NCBI GenBank assembly: GCA_030295235.1
Contig: AP026145.1
Coordinates: 310,001-374,000 of the forward strand
Source of the DNA: Fistulifera solaris
Taxonomy: Eukaryota
Direction of reading: 5' to 3'
Length of the DNA stretch: 64,000 bases
The translations under genes were made by a program, and so were the position numbers. This document shows positions 24,716 through 37,808 of the stretch, piece by piece; the stretch's first letter is position 1; each line of letters begins with the position of its first letter. Under the pieces are notes generated by a model. It ran no database searches. It was not told the origin of the DNA and saw only the letters and a program-made list of their open reading frames with translations.

Positions 24716-25126
24716 CTACTTTTTATCCTTGACATCACCTTTTAAGAATGATTCATCCTGCTTCAGAGGTCCACGCAGACCTCGTCTTTTCGCTTCCAAT
24801 TTCCGATACGCTTCTTGCGCCTTCAACGCATCGGAAGGCATGAGGGATTCACCCTGATATTTCCTATACGCAATGTATCCGACACCTCCCAGTAACACAA
24901 CGGCTCCCAGAAAAACAATTCGGTTCTCTGATGTCGAATGGTAGAGGCGTGTTTGTTGACTTTTCATCGATGGCATTGTCATGCAGGTCATATTCACCCG
25001 AGAAAAATGCTCGTGGCGCCTCCTCTCATCGTCTCCCGGAAGTGCCAAATGAGAAACCAGGACTTTTCGATCGGATAACCGAGAAAATCTGAATTTAGCA
25101 TGGCAAATACGAGAAAACCGACTCAT
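24716..25126 (-). CDS. Small hypothetical single-TM protein, possibly mitochondrial
   Basis: 136-aa ORF with an Arg/Ser-rich N-terminus, RLYHST, one hydrophobic helix (IVFLGAVVLLGGVGYIAY) and a charged tail. Confidence 0.5.
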   Translation of the reverse strand: MSRFSRICHAKFRFSRLSDRKVLVSHLALPGDDERRRHEHFSRVNMTCMTMPSMKSQQTRLYHSTSENRIVFLGAVVLLGGVGYIAYRKYQGESLMPSDALKAQEAYRKLEAKRRGLRGPLKQDESFLKGDVKDKK

Positions 25127-25199
25127 ATTTCATGCATTCGATTCATTGAAATACAATATTTTAACATGACTTTTGTAATGTGTTGTGGATCATACTGGT

Positions 25200-26275
25200 A
25201 ACGAAGAACGAAGCAAAGTGCACTTTCCAGAAATTCTGGAATCTTGATTTCAGGTCATACAGAAATTCTGTGGTGGTCCAGAAATTCTGGACCAGTTTGT
25301 TCGATCCGACCGACACGCTGCGCTAGTTCCAGAAATTTTGGAAACGCTGTTTCGGATCACAACGAAAGAAAATGCGCGTTCAAGAAATTCTGGAAACGGT
25401 GTTTTGGATCGTAACGAAGCAAAGTGCACTTTCCAGAAATTCTGGAATCTTGATTTCAGGTCATATAGAAATTCTGTGGTGGTCCAGAAATTCTGGACCA
25501 GTTTGTTCGATCCGACCGAAACGGCGCACGTTCCAGAAATTTTGGAAACGCTGTTTCGGATCACAACGAAAGAAAATGCGCGTTCAAGAAATTCTGGAAA
25601 CGGTGTTTTGGATCGTAACGAAGCAAAGTGCACTTTCCAGAAATTCTGGAATATTGATTTCAGGTCATATAGAAATTCTGTGGTGGTCCAGAAATTCTGG
25701 ACCAGTTTGTTCGATCCGACCGAAACGGCGCACGTTCCAGAAATTTTGGAAACGCTGTTTCGGATCACAACGAAAGAAAATGCGCGTTCAAGAAATTCTG
25801 GAAACGGTGTTTTGGATCGTAACGAAGCAAAGTGCACTTTCCAGAAATTCTGGAATATTGATTTCAGGTCATATAGAAATTCTGTGGTGGTCCAGAAATT
25901 CTGGACCAGTTTGTTCGATCCGACCGAAACGCTGCGCACGTTCCAGAAATTTTGGAAACGGTGTTTCGGATCACAACGAAAGAAAATGCGCGTTCAAGAA
26001 ATTCTGGAAACGGTGTTTTGGATCGTAACGAAGCAAAGTGCACTTTCCAGAAATTCTGGAATAATTCTGGACCAATATTTATTTCTTCGATCCGACCGAA
26101 ACCGAAGCGCGAAACGCTGTGCAGAATTCTGCGGACCAGTGCGGACGTTCCAGAATTTTTGAACTAAGACAGAAATTCTGTGGACGTTCCAGATATTCTG
26201 AACTGGTAAGGTTTAGACTAGACTCCTCCAGAAATTTTGGGGACGGTGTGATCGACACAACAGAAATTCTGTCTG
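25200..26275. repeat. Tandem array of ~204-206-bp higher-order units (about 4.3 copies) built from ~51-bp subunits with CCAGAAATTCTGG dyads, plus a degenerate tail
   Basis: Anchor AAGCAAAGTG recurs at 25211, 25417, 25621, 25825 and 26031. Five CAGAAATT(C/T)TG-type cores per unit. Confidence 0.97.
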
Positions 26276-26473
26276 TTAAATCGTATTTCCGTAAACCAAC
26301 ATTCGCAAGGCTTTATTCGCATTGCGAATGCTGCTTATTCTCTCTCATCTCTCATCGGCAGCGCATTTGTTTGTTACCCCTCAGCATTTAAACGGCCTTC
26401 GCCCTTTTCCTCGTTTTAACCACTCATATATCTTTTACCGTATTGGAAATCGAGTTGGCGGCGACAAAAAGCG

Positions 26474-28890
26474 ATGGCAATGACGACAAACTCGACAGGA
26501 TCGGTAGCCTTGCCGGTGCTCGATGTGAATAGAGAATGCTTGCCTGCCAGCATTGTACAAGAAGAAACTATGCTGATTCGAGAATGCTTTTATTCGCTAC
26601 AAGGTATTAGCGGCGATCGAATACAATTTATCTCCTCGAATGGAGGAAAGGCTACCGTTCATTCGCCGGTGCTAGCACAAGCAGGTTATTCAGCCATCAT
26701 CCCTCCACATCTACGTCCGCAATCCAGGCTCGGAAGTGGAGCCAAGCAAGCCTTATTGATTTGCGCCGAAGCCGGATGGCTTTTGCGCGGATCAAAGAAT
26801 ATGTCGACACCGTAATTCAGCCTTCGAGTCATCAACGCACTCGAACACAACCACAACAACCAGTAGGATCGATCCAGCGTGCCTTGGCGAGTGCTCTTCA
26901 ACTCGAACTTCAATCGTATCAGTGCTTTCTTTCTGAGCTAGAGCCCCAAATATCCAGTTTATCGATACGGCAACTCTTGGTACAAATGCAACCACCCCTC
27001 GTCCGACTCGAACATCTCGCGTCCCTCACGGATGGCGCAGCGCACGCCGCACTGCCTGGTCCGCAAATTTTACATTCCCTCCGCCTGGCCTTGCAGCACG
27101 GTGATTCGCGAAAACGGACGTTGGTGCAGTCGCTGTTGACACGGGCGTGTACTCCGTGGTTTGATATGCTTTATTTGTGGACGACCGAAGGCATCTTGTC
27201 GGATCCAGCGCACGAGTTTTTCGTGGTGGACACCAAGGGCAATGCCGATGATCGGCATTTGTGGAAGGAACAGTATCGACTGGACTTTGATAAGGTTCCT
27301 TTTGGGATATTGGATGAAGATCTCATTCAACCCGCGTTCGTGGTGGGGAAGGCCATCAATTACATTCGAAAGTGTCTGCAAGATGGAGGATGGAGTCTGG
27401 AATTACTCGTTGACGAAGAAGAAACGACAGATGATTCCCATTCGGTCGCGATGGTGGATCAAAATGCTAAAAAAGCTTTGGGATTTGTTTACACACCGAA
27501 CGACGTCGGGTCAGCCAGGGCAACAGTGGCTCCCATTCGTCAGACACTAACACGTGCAGCTACCTTGGTCCATTCGCACATCCTGAAGTCCTTGCATGAA
27601 AAACATTCTCTTTTTCAACATCTGTTTGCATTGAAACAGTTTCTGCTGCTGGGACAAGGTGACTTTTTCGCCACTTTGATGATCGGAATACACAACGAAT
27701 TTGAAGGATTCTCGGGTTTGTCGGGCGTTTACCGTCATACGCTTGCCGCGATCGTCGATTCGGCGCTTCGGAATACCAACGCCACTGGCTTTCCTACCGA
27801 TATTTTGGCTCGTTTACATGTGGAGTTGAATCTGAAGCTAAATGATGATGCTCGTTTTCAATTTGCAGCTCCCAAGGGTGTCGGATCTTTGAAGGACACG
27901 AGGACCGTTTGGGACATTTTCGAATTGGAATACCAAGTCCCGGACCCGTTGTTGGTTATAGTTCATCCGGATGCAATGACTTTGTACAAAACCATGTTTC
28001 ACTTGTTATTTGATATTCGTCGACTAGAATTCATGCTGAATTTGACTTGGCGACAAAGCGCGACGCTTCAGCATTCGTTACAAAAAATGGTGCAGCGAAA
28101 TGGAGTCACGGTGAATAAAAGGTACGACAATTATGTGACACAGCCTTATCTTCATGATTGCCTCTGACGTTTTTGCAGCCCCGAGTATGCACAATGTACC
28201 ATTTTGCTTCGAAAAGTTTCCATGATTCGGCAAGCCATGACCCACTTTGTTACGAATCTGAAAAGTTACTTGATGTTTGAAGTGTTGGAAGGGGAATGGA
28301 AGAAGCTTGTTCGAACAATGCATGTTGCTGAGACTTTGGATGAAGCCATCAAAGCACACGACGACTATCTTGGTGGGATCAATCGAAAAAGCTTCTTACA
28401 TTATGAAGACAAAACAAAGGAAGATACTACACTGGGCAATCAGCTTCGATCCTGTCTGTCTCTAGCTACCGACTTTTGTTCATATCAAGAAGATTTGTTC
28501 AAAGAAGCCATCGAAAAGGCTGAAATTGCGAACTTAAAAAAGAAAGAAGCTGCGTTGCGTCTTGGACAAGGTGACTGGGGTATATCTGACGCTGTTACCG
28601 AGTTGTTGGAGGAGGAGACCATGTTTTTCGGGCTGGCAGACAAATCTAAGATGACCGAACTCGACGAACTTGCTGTGGAGTTCAACGACCATGTCGAGAC
28701 TTTGCTTCGGGCGTTTGACGCTAAATTAAATGGCCGACCGATCTTTTCAAAGAACTCGATTGCAACGCCAGTGACGAGCCCGTCACAGCTGCATTATGAT
28801 CAGGACGGAGACAAAGTTCACGACGATCTCAACTCTTTGCGTTTCTTAGCCTTCCAGCTGAACTGTAATAAATACTATAATGCCTACTAA
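26474..28890 (+). CDS. GCP3: Gamma-tubulin complex component, most likely GCP3/Spc98
   Basis: ECFYSLQGISG, ICAEAGW, GSIQRALASALQLEL, HGD, EGILSDPAHEFFV, VGKAINYIR, LKQFLLLGQGDF, WDIFELEYQV and HFVTNLKSYLMFEVLE. Indel near 26785, in-frame intron 28122-28178. Confidence 0.85.
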
Positions 28891-28988
28891 TAGAAGGCGC
28901 TTACGTAACCTCAGACGCGTATATATACTAATGCTTTTAAAATCTTTTTCACCTTCCTCCATGTGCATACGCAGCTCCCAGCTGCATC

Positions 28989-31474
28989 TTACTGTTTCGC
29001 CTCAAGAGCCTCTACATCTCCAGCATCCCTATTTTCAAAATCATCTTCCATATCCCCCTCCGCGTCCACATTACTATCACTGCGCATTCGTTGACGTTTA
29101 GACGGAGTACCCTCCGTTAAATCCTCGTCGTGGAGCGATCCAGAGTAGGAGGCAAGGATTGCAGTTGCCTGTTCCTCGGAGACTCCAAGTTCGCGAATCT
29201 CCTCACTCAGCCGCATTTTTAAACTTTTTAAATCCGATCGCATCTCTAGAACAAATGACTCTACTTTAGCTGCTCTCTCTTGTGTCGATCCAAGAGTTCG
29301 CTCGTTCATCACGCGGATGCGCCGTTGACGTTGCAGTTTGTTCCTCAAATGGTTCACCTTGGCTTGGAGCAGAATCTTGTCCTCGCTCAGACTTTCCATC
29401 ACGGCCATCTCTTTGGGTAGGCTACGATTGTTGCGAATCCCAACGACTCCGTGGCCGTCGAATAAGGGATGCTCTATGGCTTTCTCTAATTCTTCGACAC
29501 TTTTCGATAGTACAAGATTGCCACGGCCATGAGCAGAAGGCAAAAGTTCTGCACCAAAAGGCAAAAGTCGACGTTTTCTGAGAACCGATGACACCTCTTT
29601 CTCATCACTTTCGTCTGTTTCCATGATTGACTCTGCACGCTTGTCATCATCTTCGTCAAAAATGCACGCCATAGCCGCGAGATCAAGAACGGGCGCCACT
29701 GCTTTTGCTGTCTCGTGCATTTCTTTCCATCGAGCTGCAAGACGTTCATCAGAAAACAGTGCAGGGTCTTCCGTAATCTTGAGTGTTTCCAAAGGGAAGT
29801 AAGCAACGCCGTACGGGAGCTGAACACCAATACGCGGAGAACGAACCCCTTGAACTCCAGACTTGTCTTTCACTTTTGCAGCAGGCGACTTCTTCTTGTT
29901 TACCTCTGGAGCAGAATCAATTTTCGAAGTGTTGTCCATTTCGCCAGCGGGGATGAGGAATCAATATCCATGGCTTCGCCATCGGACTCTTTGGTATTAC
30001 CCTCTGTGGATGGAGATTTCTTTTCCGTGAGAGGGTCCGACGGATGGAACACCACAACGTTGCCTTCTCCGTACGGGGAAACAACCTTTTCTCCAGGTAC
30101 GATCCACGCACTCGCAATCTTTTCGGGTTGAATCAGTGTCGAGCTATCCCAATTCGCAAAATTGGCCGCACCGACACCACCGGCCCCTTTGGCTAATTTC
30201 GCTTCTTCTACGACATACGACTGGAAAGTATATCCTTTGGCTCTCAGTTCATCGCCGCGTGCCTTCAAAACATTCAATACATCGCGCATCGCAACATTTC
30301 CTTTTCCTCCACCACGATTGCGAGTCCGAGTACTTAAGAGATCAGCTTCTTTCACGCATTCTTGTTGAACAACCGCAAGTTCTTGATTCAAAGCATTCAT
30401 TTCTTCATTGACATTCCGCAAATAATGTAGAAAATGACCCCGAAGGTGATTCTCCACCGTTTGGATGCGATCCAATTCCTCTTGTGTGTTTCGAAGCTCT
30501 TGTTGGGTCCTTTGCACCGTCTTTCGATAGTTGTTCAGATCAACTTCAATGTCCGAAGGCGAGCGCTCCCATCGAAGCAATCTGTGCTTTTTCTTGGCCC
30601 CAACGGATTCCGGTGGACGAGGCGGATCGAACGCCGTCACATATTCGACTTCGCGAGGAGAGCGTCTCGGGGCTTTGCTGTCCTTGGTGGGCGCTTTCTC
30701 TGCGGGTGGAGCCACAAACACGGACGAAGGAAGACTATAATCCGTTGTCCCCAAACGGATCGTCCTACCACCCAAACGGATGATATCCGGCATGCGTTCG
30801 TCTTCCGAAGGCGGGACGGATCCGCCGGTACCGACGTCGTCCACGGACATGGCCGCATCACCGTCATTGTCCCCATTCGCCCCATCATCGGAGCCTCGTC
30901 GGCTCGCGGTTTTTCTCTTGTTGGTCGCGACACCACTGGCCAGAGCACGTGCCAAACTGAGATCGCCTTTGACTTCGTGTTTGCGGAGAGCATGCATGCC
31001 GCTGACATTCGGTATATACCGTGTCCGCGTGCGACGTTCTTCCTCCGTCAACGAGTCCGATAAGAAGGATTCACGGAGACTGGCCGACGAAATCGCCAAA
31101 TCCATCCCCGCATCATCCGTTCCGGCCATACTTTCGTTGGCCAAGCGATCCAGCGGATCCGTAAAATTCTCCGCCGCTCGACCTCGCGTACTGTAAGTCA
31201 CTTCCAACTTTTGATCTGGCTCTTTTGCTTTCGTCGCTGGTTCTTTCGTAGCTTCCGTTAAATTCGCGTCCTCTGGACCTTCCACGTCAACATCCATTTC
31301 TGTATCGTCTTGTGATTCTTCTTCCTCATCATTGGCTGGAGATGATTTCGCGTCGATGCGTGCATCCGGATTGATTTCTTCTTCTTGCACTTCTCCTTCG
31401 TCGTCGTCAGCAATTTCTCCTTCTTCAAAGACTTCACCTTCTTCGGCCTCTGCGGCGGGATAATCAGGTTCCAT
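28989..31474 (-). CDS. Large hypothetical protein with acidic N-terminus and coiled coils
   Basis: ORFs 31474-29900 and 29939-28989 overlap and join with one indel near 29940. Acidic N-terminus, coiled-coil heptads, NLS-like basic motifs. Confidence 0.7.
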
Positions 31475-32172
31475 ATTCTTTGAAAGAGATCAAAGGTGAG
31501 TGCTAAAAGGTGTACTGGCAAGAAAAGTGCAGCCGGAGGAATGATACCTTCGGTGACTATAACAGCATGAAGCGACGTCAATGTTTGACGACTTGTGACA
31601 CTGTCTCCGTCATCGCTGCGCAGTCTAGAGAAAAAACTTACTCTGGTCGTCTCAATCTGACTCGTTTCTGTCCAACGCAACGAACGAAATGATAGATTCT
31701 ATTAGTTGACTGCAACGAATGCAGTTGTCTCGTTTTGTTATTGTTATGTGTTCGTTCGGCATGCGGTTCAATGTCGATGCCGGAAAATGCGGAGACGCGC
31801 GCGAAAATCGCGCAGAAGGGTGTTGTTGTTGCAATCAATGAGGTGTATAGGAGTAAAGAGTAGTCGCGTCCGACGTTGATTTTATTCCGATGGCCAATCT
31901 GTCCGTCCACCGACGGACTGATCGTCTGCCGCCTCCCGCACCCATCAGTTCAAACCGCACCATATCACGCAAACCTCGTCAGAGAAGAACGACAATAGAA
32001 CTTCCGTCCTTCCTATTGTTTTATCATCGAAACGACTTGCAGCTAGCAATTCAAGCTAATTGAAGTAAATTCAGAGCTCTTGAAAGAACATATCGCCCTG
32101 CTACAAAGGTCAATTGCTATTATCCTGTCTCTCTCTCTTTGATATATTTCGTTGTCACATCAATTCTCAACG

Positions 32173-34188
32173 ATGAAATTCATCATCCAGTTTCTGTGGG
32201 TGACAGGCGTATCTTCCTTTTGTTTGAATCCCCGTTCTACCAATCGACAACAACACACGCAACTACAAGCAACGATATCGACACCGCTGCCCAAATATCC
32301 GACGGCACGAGGAGACGATGTCGATGCCCGTCGAATTATTGCCACGGGCGCCGGTCGGTTGCATTTAACGGCCGTGCGATTGCATCATATATTGCTCGCG
32401 ACCGAAGAAATGGCGGCCGCCAGCTTACATGAATTGCGAAGTGGATCCGTGTCGTTTGCGGAACTGGCGGAACAAGTGAGTGCATGCGCGGTGACACGGT
32501 CGAAACAAGGAGAACTCGGTTGGGTTTCCGTCACCGAAGAACCTTCCACTCCCAATAATACAGACGATCCACCCGTATCTCCGAATGCCCATTTGGATGA
32601 ATTCTTTCCTAAAGAAGCTCGAGAAAAGTTGCTTCTCATTACCACCAAGCCCGGTGATGTCGTCATGGTACCCTCACATTTGGGGTATCATTTGGTACAA
32701 GTCGTTGATGTCATGGCCAATGTTCGAAAAATGGCGAGTCAACGCAAGCGGCGAACGAATGGATCCAACCTGTTGGAAGCACTCCGTCGTGACACGGATT
32801 TGACCTATAAAATGGAAACGATGGGTTGTCAAATGAACACGGCCGATTCGGAACGTATGGAAGGTCAGTTGCAAGATTTGGGATTGCGACCGTCGGAAGA
32901 AGGACAAAATCCAGATGTCATTGTATTAAATACTTGTTCGATTCGTGATCACGCCGAACAGAAAGTATATTCGTACTTGGGACCGCACGCGAAACGAAAA
33001 CGAAATGGTGAAGATGTCACCATTGTCGTGGCGGGCTGTGTCGCGCAACAAGAAGGAGAGGCTTTGTTACGAAAAGCACCGGAAATCGATCTAGTCATGG
33101 GACCCCAATATGCGAATCGCATCGGAGACTTGCTGGAGGATGTCGCCAATGGGAATCAGGTGGTCGCCACGGAAGCCACTCACATTATGGAAGACTCCAC
33201 CAAGCCGCGTCGGCAGTCATCCGTCGCCGCGTGGGTCAATGTCATTTACGGTTGCAATGAGCGTTGTGCATTCTGTATTGTTCCGACGACACGCGGAGTG
33301 GAACAATCGCGCCCGTAGAAAGTATTGTTGCCGAAGTGGAAGAGTTGGTCGCGCAAGGGTTCAAAGAGGTGACACTTTTGGGTCAAAATATTGATGCCTA
33401 CGGTCGTGACATGATACCCAAACGCAAATTTTCGGATTTAATTCGGATTGTGGGAGGCATACCTGGTTTGGAACGTCTGCGGTTTGTGACATCTCATCCT
33501 CGGTACATGTCTTTGGGTGTGGTGGATGCGGTCGCCGAAACTCCCACGGCCTGTGAAAGTTTCCACATTCCTTTTCAAAGCGGATCAAATCGAATTTTGG
33601 CCGCCATGGGACGTGGTCACACCCGCGAGAAGTATCTCTATATTGTGGAAAGGATTCGATCGGTAAGTTCTTTGTGCGGTGTCGTTTTTGCTGCGGCCCA
33701 TTAAATCGAAGACAAATCTCACCGCGCATTCCCTTTCGTTGCAGGTAATACCCGACGCTTCCATCACCGCAGATGTTATCGTTGGTTTTCCGGGAGAGAC
33801 CGAAGAAGATTTTCAAGACTCATTGGCACTCATGGAGGAAGTGAGATTTGACAACGTTCACACCGCCGCGTACTCACCACGACCGAACACCCCGGCCGCC
33901 ACCATGGAAGACCAAGTTCCAGATCATGTGAAGAAAGATCGTCTCAGTCGAATCAATGACGTGAACAAGCGTATTGCTGTAGAGCGACGAGCGGCATTGG
34001 TGGGTAAAACTTTGGAAATTTTGGTAGAGGAGCGCAACATCCGCAATCCCATTCAAGTTCTGGGACGGACTCGTCAAGGATTCACTTGCTATATGACTGG
34101 GGATATTGATGAATTACGCGGAAAGACGGTGCAAGCGGAGATAACTTCCGCCAAGAACTTTCATCTTGTGGGTAGAATAGTTGGTTAA
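32173..34188 (+). CDS. miaB: Plastid-targeted tRNA methylthiotransferase MiaB fused to an N-terminal parvulin/PpiC-type rotamase domain
   Basis: Leader [18 protein letters not shown]. Rotamase-like HHILL...[11 protein letters not shown]...GELGWV...GYHLVQV. MiaB motifs [28 protein letters not shown] (CxxxCxxC), [16 protein letters not shown] and a TRAM domain. Indel near 33315, intron 33663-33744. Confidence 0.92.
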
Positions 34189-34315
34189 TAATTGCTTTGT
34201 TTTCCACATTTATGTTGCTTCATTATAATTCTAATGGGTTTAACACCCTTTGTTCTCGCTAATTTCTGTACAAGTGGTACGATGTGTTTGTTCATAAAAT
34301 AGTCATGACCGCTCC

Positions 34316-35177
34316 TTACACGGGCAAGTCCCCATAATGCGCCGTCCACAATTGTGGCGTGGGCAGTGCCCCGAGCGGCTGCAGCGGATGAGAGGTTCCC
34401 GCCGCAAAGAACGAAGCCGCCAGAGCAGACGGCAACGCGACGGCAGTCGGATCGTACACTTCGGATTTCGTCGGAGGTCTCGTCGGAGCCGCCAATTGAC
34501 ATAGCGCCGATGCTGCAATGATGTGCTCTCGTCCTTCCGGAACAGTCGTCTTTCGACGTTTGCGACGAGTTTGAGATGGCTCGGGGTTCGTATCCAATAC
34601 ACCGGCTTGTATAATTTTTGGGTCCAAGACTTCATTGAACCCGGCCAGAAGCATTTGCAGTCGACTACCATTTTCTTCTAATCGACGAAACACGTGTTCT
34701 CCTTCTTTCAGACGTTTGAGGACTTTTTTGAGCGTGTGATTTGATTTGCACCAGTGATCTGTAAGGAAAAGGACATGACTGTTTATGAGAAAGTGAATGA
34801 TACAAGAACATGAATGAAGCAAACGTTTGACGACAGCATCAAGCTTTTGCTAGCCAAGATGACTTACCGATCGGGTAGATAATCACTCATCTTCTTCCAT
34901 CTAAAAGAGAAAGAAAAGCAGCAGCAACATGTCAGTTTCTTCACACCATAACCAGTTAGAACAAATAACAACACTCTTTCTAAACATACCGCCCCTTGCC
35001 ATATTTGCGCAAACCATACAAAAACAATATCTTTTCATCCAACGTCCAGCGACCGGTGCGTTTGGCCGCCTTGTTATGCTCCATCAAGGAAGCCGACAAG
35101 GCTTCAATGGTAGAAATGGGCGTGTCTTTTTCTATTTTCGACAAGGCTATCGCCGAATACGAATTCGGATTGAACAT
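34316..35177 (-). CDS. Myb-like (SHAQK-class, 1R-Myb) transcription factor
   Basis: Exons 35177-34990, 34900-34868 and 34758-34316 splice to give TGRWTLDEKILFLYGLRKYGKGRWKKMSDYLPDRSLVQIKSHAQK. One extra A near 34725 must be removed to continue into VLKRLKEG. The start may lie further upstream. Confidence 0.85.
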
Positions 35178-35956
35178 GTTGTTATGAATCGGCGTTTTGA
35201 CAAAGGATGAAGGTCAATCGTTCAAAATTGTGAAGTGAATGCTCGGATTGTCGTTCCGTCGGAAGATGACTGATTGAAATCACCTTTACTGCACACGCAA
35301 AGTGTCTAAAACCCGTTGATGTGAAATGATGAGATGGCTTGTTTGTCAAAGCTTTGTTGGCTTGGCAAATGAATGAATTAGGCAATCGTAGTTAATTGTT
35401 GATGTGTGCGCCTCAATGGCAAAGGATACCTTCCTCATCATGGCGGCCTGAGGTATCTTTCTCTCTCCCGTTGGAGGAGAACGGCCGAGGACTATCATGT
35501 CGAAAGTACACTACAGGAGTGACTCAGTCGAAAACATCCTTCCGCGGAGCCCAAGTACCTTTTGAGCCTATACAATGAGTCAGTTCCGACGCGGGGCTCG
35601 GAATTTGCAGCCGATGCCGTCAGCTTCGGGAACATCCGTACGTCATTTCGAAGAAACGAAGGTTGTTGTACTGTTTGGAGTAGAGTGAGGACTGTCATTG
35701 CCAACGTCATTACCACGTCACCAAGAAAGCGAAGACCGAAAGAAATGCGGCTGCCATTCATTCACGGTTGTTGCATCATAAGTCCCGTGTATGACATCAT
35801 CGGAGGATTCATCAAGTTGAAGTTTGCGAGCGGTCTCTCTTCGACATCGTCGTCAGGACAATCGAGACGATGAACCATTCCTTCATTCAAATCATTCTCT
35901 AGAGAAGCACTCATTCACTCCCAAACGACAATTTGCATTCACACACAGCAAGCATC

Positions 35957-36733
35957 ATGAGAGTTATTCTAGCATTCAGTCTGTTCTACAGCGTCGCCGC
36001 GTTCGTTCCTACACAACGGTCGGCCTTCGGCGTCACACACTTGGCATCGACGACCCAAGACGACAAAACCGAAGTCCGTGAGTATTTCAACACGGAAGGT
36101 TTCAATCGATGGAATAAGATTTATTCCGATTCCGATGATGTCAACAAAGTACAGCTCGATATTCGCAACGGACACGATCAAACCATTCAAAAGATTTTGA
36201 ATTGGTTGCAAGCGGACGGTACCGTGCAACAACAGACTTTTTGCGATTGCGGATGCGGTGTCGGTAGTCTCGCCATTCCGTTGGCACAAATGGGAGCCAA
36301 GAAAGTATCCGCGAGTGATATTTCCGATTCCATGGCGAATGAAGCCAAACGACGTGCACAAGCTTTGGGGATTCAAAATGCTGAATTTTACACGTCCGAC
36401 TTGGAGTCGGTTACGGGTCAATACGATACCGTGACGTGTGTCGATGTTGCCATTCATTATCCGGATGAAAAAATGGTCGAAATGATTGAACATTTGTGCA
36501 GTTTGTCCAAGGACCGTGTCATGATCAGTTTTGCGCCCAAGACGTGGTATTATGTCTTTTTGAAGAAAATTGGCGAATTGTTTCCGGGACCCAGCAAGAC
36601 GACGCGAGCGTATTTGCACGAAGAATCCATCATTCGGGATGCATTGACCAAGTGCGGCTTTGCAGTGCAAAGAGAAGAAATGACGGCGACGAACTTTTAC
36701 TTTTCGCGACTGCTCGAAGCCAAGCGAGTTTAA
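35957..36733 (+). CDS. chlM: Mg-protoporphyrin IX methyltransferase, plastid-targeted
   Basis: Leader MRVILAFSLFYSVAA-FVP. DKTEVREYFNTEGFNRWNKIY, VQLDIRNGH, CDCGCGVGSL, CVDVAIHYP, GELFPGPSKTTRAYLH and FYFSRLLEA. Confidence 0.96.
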   Translation: MRVILAFSLFYSVAAFVPTQRSAFGVTHLASTTQDDKTEVREYFNTEGFNRWNKIYSDSDDVNKVQLDIRNGHDQTIQKILNWLQADGTVQQQTFCDCGCGVGSLAIPLAQMGAKKVSASDISDSMANEAKRRAQALGIQNAEFYTSDLESVTGQYDTVTCVDVAIHYPDEKMVEMIEHLCSLSKDRVMISFAPKTWYYVFLKKIGELFPGPSKTTRAYLHEESIIRDALTKCGFAVQREEMTATNFYFSRLLEAKRV

Positions 36734-36825
36734 GTCAGCAATTCAAAAGCAACTAAACATACTACATTTTCTGCGTATATATCATTCTTATTATATCTTC
36801 TCTAGAATCGAAACTATCCCCTTCC

Positions 36826-37808
36826 TTACACCGGTGGAGGCAATGCTAGATGCTGACCTCGAAAGTGAAAGAGTCCGACGGCACCAAAGAAAATGAGATA
36901 ATTTTTGGCAATGGGAAACGTACGGCGCAGCAACGAATCCGGTCCGAGCGTCCTGTTATACCATTGCGTCATTTTCGACAGCACGCCCTTCGGTTTTTCA
37001 GGCGAACGGCTGTTCAAGAATCCGGACGAGACGGCCGGGGGCTTTTGCACAACGCCACCCTGTTGCATTTGCTGTCGACTCGCCGCCAAGGCCACTTGGC
37101 GCAATTCTTCCACAGCGGCTGCCTTCTGGCGTGTCTCAACATTGAGTTTCTCGTACAAATGATCTCTTTGATCTTTTACGGAAGGCTGGAAAGAGAGACG
37201 CAACGTCAATGTACACACGGGTTCCGTTACCACGTCTCCTTCTTGGGCATTCGCGGGCAAAATAGCGACGGGTAACTCCACTTCGACGGGATTCCCGGAC
37301 GCATTGTCAACAGCTATAATGGTCGATAGATCATAAGATATCGAAGATCCCAAGGGAATATCGGCGTCGACGGCCGAAACCGTCAATGTCGATGTGGAAG
37401 TATCCACGGCATGAAAGACAATATGGGTAGTATTTTCAGCTCTTTCACCGGCGGACGGATCAAAGATCTGATTCAACTCCTTTTCTTCGACAGGAGAGGA
37501 GAGTTGTATCTTTAACGCCGGCTGTGCTGCTTCCGGAAGTCCTTCGGTCTGTAGAGGTAAGATAGGACGGGTTGAGAATGAGAACGTCACAGAGATTCCG
37601 TACGAGAGTCAAAGGATCATCCTAGTAATAAACAAAAACCATTAGTTGTTGCGCTCACCTGCAACCACGCCACGACGAGCGAATTCGCTGGAGCATTATC
37701 ATCCGGTGGACCCAAAGATCGCAATTGTCCCCGGATCTCGGCAATATTCCTTTCGTGAAGCATAATCTGTGCTTTGGCTCGCTCGGCGCTTGCTGAAGGA
37801 TCACTCAT
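36826..37808 (-). CDS. Hypothetical protein with a C2-like beta region, coiled coil and C-terminal hydrophobic segment
   Basis: Exon 1 37808-37659, GT-AG intron 37658-37549, exon 2 in frame with ORF 36826-37590. Confidence 0.6.

Noticed and set aside
25430..25450. Array core TTCCAGAAATTCTGGAA as a canonical heat-shock element
   Set aside because: The TTCnnGAA parts fit, but the central GAA-A-TTC has a 1-nt gap where the canonical nGAAn phasing needs 2 nt. It is not called an HSE.
25250..26167. Long ORFs in several frames across the first array, and similar ORFs at 42732-43979
   Set aside because: They arise from a stop-poor repeat (the 204-bp unit is a multiple of 3). They occur on both strands and show no protein-like features.
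35969..36670. Long antisense ORFs opposite chlM, and likewise at 56042-56815, 59816-60430 and 30434-31063
   Set aside because: They are shadow ORFs produced by codon bias of the real gene on the other strand and have no recognisable motifs.
32173..36733. Bacterial contamination or recent HGT suggested by miaB and chlM
   Set aside because: Both have bipartite plastid-targeting leaders, miaB has a spliceosomal intron, and their neighbours are eukaryotic genes.
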